A stretch of 64,000 nt of DNA, from assembly GCF_021028975.2 (NCBI RefSeq), contig NC_059425.1, positions 19,778,001 to 19,842,000 of the forward strand, given 5' to 3'. Under the pieces are notes generated by a model. It did not search any database and had not been told where the DNA came from. It saw only the letters and a program-made list of their open reading frames with translations. This document shows positions 61,755 to 64,000 of this stretch, piece by piece. The translations under genes and the position numbers were made by a program. The stretch's first letter is position 1. Every line of letters begins with the position of its first letter. Source of the stretch: Sphaerodactylus townsendi (lineage: Eukaryota).

Positions 61755-61766
61755 ATGTTTTACCAC
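61755..61766 (+). CDS. POLR2G: POLR2G first coding exon (MFYH), copy 2
   Basis: Identical ATGTTTTACCAC|GTGAGT within the duplicated block. Confidence 0.72.
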
Positions 61767-63610
61767 GTGAGTAATGTAAAGGCGTGGGGGTTGCCTGTGG
61801 TTTCCCACCCGCTTCTCCTCATTTTAATTCTGCTACGGATGGGGACGGGGCAATGGTGAGCAAAATTAAGGAACAGATTTCTGTTCTTCCTCTCGCATTA
61901 CTCTGGGGATATTAGTGTAGGGCATTACGAAAAACAACCGGTGAAAAACGGGAGACTTATCTAATTTGCCAGATGAGGTAATGACTACTAACTGTAGACG
62001 GCTTCATGGTAAGGAAAGAGTGTAATCGTCCAACTTGGTTCCTAAAAGGGAAAAACCTCCATGTCTAGGAGTGGGATGTCTCTATCAGATACTGGAGAGA
62101 TGCAGAAGAGAAGGCTTTGGCTTTAGCGCCCACTCCTTGTGTATGCCCACAGCCATTTATTTGTTTGGAACACAAATCTGATCCCATGAGCTTTGCGCGC
62201 TTCCTAGGTGGCCCAAGAGGCAGTAATTTGAGAGCCAGCGTGGTGTAAGTGGTTAAGAGCAGATGGATTCTGATCTGGAGGTGGGTTTGATTCCCCACTC
62301 CTCCACCTGAGTGGAGGTGGGCTCAGATATATTTCCCCGCTCCTGCCACATTTCCTGCTGGGTGACCTTGGGCTAGTCACGGTTCTTCAGAACTCTCTCC
62401 AGCCCCACCTACCTCACCAGGGGTGTCTGTTGTGGGGAGAGGAAAGGAAGGGAGTTTGTAGGCCACTTTGAGTCTCGCCCTGGGAGGAGAGAAAGGTGGG
62501 GGTATAAATCCAAACTCTTCTTTTTCTTCTTTAGACTCTTGCAACAACGGACCTATCACGAGACAAGCCCTGGCTCAGCAACTTAGCATGCAAGATATTC
62601 TCTCATTAGAAGGATCAGGTAGCAGGTGTAGAGAGGCAGCACTTTGCACGAGACCCTGGAAAGCTACTACTGGTTTGAACGAGACTAATGCTGACCCTAG
62701 CATAAAACGGCTTCCTTATGCATCCATACTGCATTCAGCAGGTCTGACTCTTGTGTGATTATGTGCATAGAGTTGGATCTCTAGATAATGAACTTTTGTG
62801 TAATTTTTCTCTGCTTGTGCAGTCCCCCAGAAAAAGAGAATCTAGGACTTGGCTTTTGTGGGTTTGCTGGGCTGTGTGGCCGTGGTCTGGTAGTTTTTGC
62901 TCCTAATATTTCACTGGCATCTATGGCAGGCATCTTCAGAAAGAAGATGGAGAGAACCACATCTTATCATGTCATGCCTCTGGTGATGCCAGCCATAGAT
63001 GTAGGTGAAATGTTAGAAGCAAAAATCACCAGACCACGGCTGCACAACCCAGAAAACAAAACAGCCAGTTGATTCTGGCCATAAAAGCCTTCAACAATGC
63101 AATCTAGGACTTAATTGGATCAATTCTGCAGCCAAAGGTCAAGGTACTTTAATGCCCCGTTAGTTTCAGGGTGCTTAGTTCCAGGTGAGAAACTTTCTGT
63201 CCAGCATTTTGCTGTTTGCAAAACCTGGAGGGCCCAGTAAGAAGTCACTTATGTATGTAGGGGCCAACCCATCTACAATACAATCCTAAGCAGAGTTACA
63301 CTCTTCTAATGTGATTGAAGTTGATGGGCTTAGAAGGGTATAACTCTTTTTAGGGTTGCTGTTTTGGTATCTTAAAGGTCAACAAAACTGTGACTGGCCC
63401 CTGAGTGTTAATCAGAAGCTAGTGCAGCCATCTTGAAAAAGGGTGAAGAAGTTTATGATTTATGTGGAACAACTGGAGCTTCCAAACACCCTTTAGAGCA
63501 GTGGTTCTCAACCTGGGGGTCGAACGACCCTTTCACGGGTCGCCTAAGACTCTCTGCATCAGTGTTCTCCATCTGTAAAATGGATAAATGTTAGGGTTGG
63601 GGGTCACCAC

Positions 63611-64000
63611 CGTAGTAATGCACTGCTGACCCAGCAGCACCGTGGGGTGAAACGTTGGGGCCTTCAACGGACCTCCTGACCTTGCTGAGTCGCTTTCCGC
63701 TACCCCCACTCCTCATCCCCCTATGAGTCACGGGTCATGAACTGTCTGGCTCAGTCACCGGGCGCAGGGACAATGGTCTTGCCCCCAGGTGAGGATTAGG
63801 CTCAGACGCTTACGCTCCTCTCCGCACGTAGCCAGGTGAGATCATGCATCACATGATGATCTCCAGGTCTCCCGGTCTCCCGCTCATCTCCCTACCCACC
63901 TCCTTTACACGCCCACAATGAAACCCTAATAAAAGGTGCCAGAGACCAGCACAGGGCAGAGTTGTCAGGATCACGAAATCCCGCGCTTCCTGTTGCTGAC
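63611..64000 (+). mobile_element. ERV LTR, second copy, running off the window
   Basis: Same sequence and same insertion junction (GGTCACCAC|CGTAGTAATG) as 58119. Confidence 0.85.

Larger units (their letters stand above)
54650..64000 (+). repeat. Tandem duplication with a period of about 5.5 kb (54650 to about 58545 versus 60149-64000)
   Basis: Long near-identical stretches (identical ORF translations at 57250-57534 and 62788-63072) alternate with indel-rich patches. Confidence 0.95.

Noticed and set aside
58119-64000. The two LTR copies as the 5' and 3' LTRs of one provirus that captured POLR2G exon 1
   Set aside because: Both LTRs share the same upstream host flank and junction, so they are the same 5' LTR duplicated

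Overview
Vertebrate genomic DNA, most likely a squamate and probably a gecko (inferred from Squam3-, Sauria- and 5S-Sauria-like SINEs, Penelope, CR1/L2 and hAT/Harbinger MITEs). Reading splice sites by hand gives five genes in order. (1) Exon 1 of a DACT-family gene on the - strand, probably DACT4. (2) Head-to-head with it across a CpG island, a complete 4-exon LC3C-like ATG8 gene (+, 121 aa) that ends directly in Gly-stop. (3) ZBTB3 (-). (4) A complete PLD3/PLD4-like type II membrane nuclease gene (+, up to 13 coding exons, about 707 aa) with two intact HKD motifs and a long N-terminal tail, probably PLD7. (5) The promoter and first coding exon (MFYH) of POLR2G. This looks like the fourth 2R paralogon copy of the PLD-ZBTB-LC3-DACT block, with genes that mammals lack beside ZBTB3/POLR2G. 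Other highlights: a transposon-split, stop-containing PLD exon whose 3' part may be rescued by a cryptic acceptor; a 7SK retrocopy; a betaretrovirus-like ERV with a tRNA-Phe primer site in POLR2G intron 1; Penelope hammerhead-like cores; and a 5.5 kb-period duplication at the end that is probably an assembly artefact. Gene and repeat names come from recalled family sequences, not from database searches.
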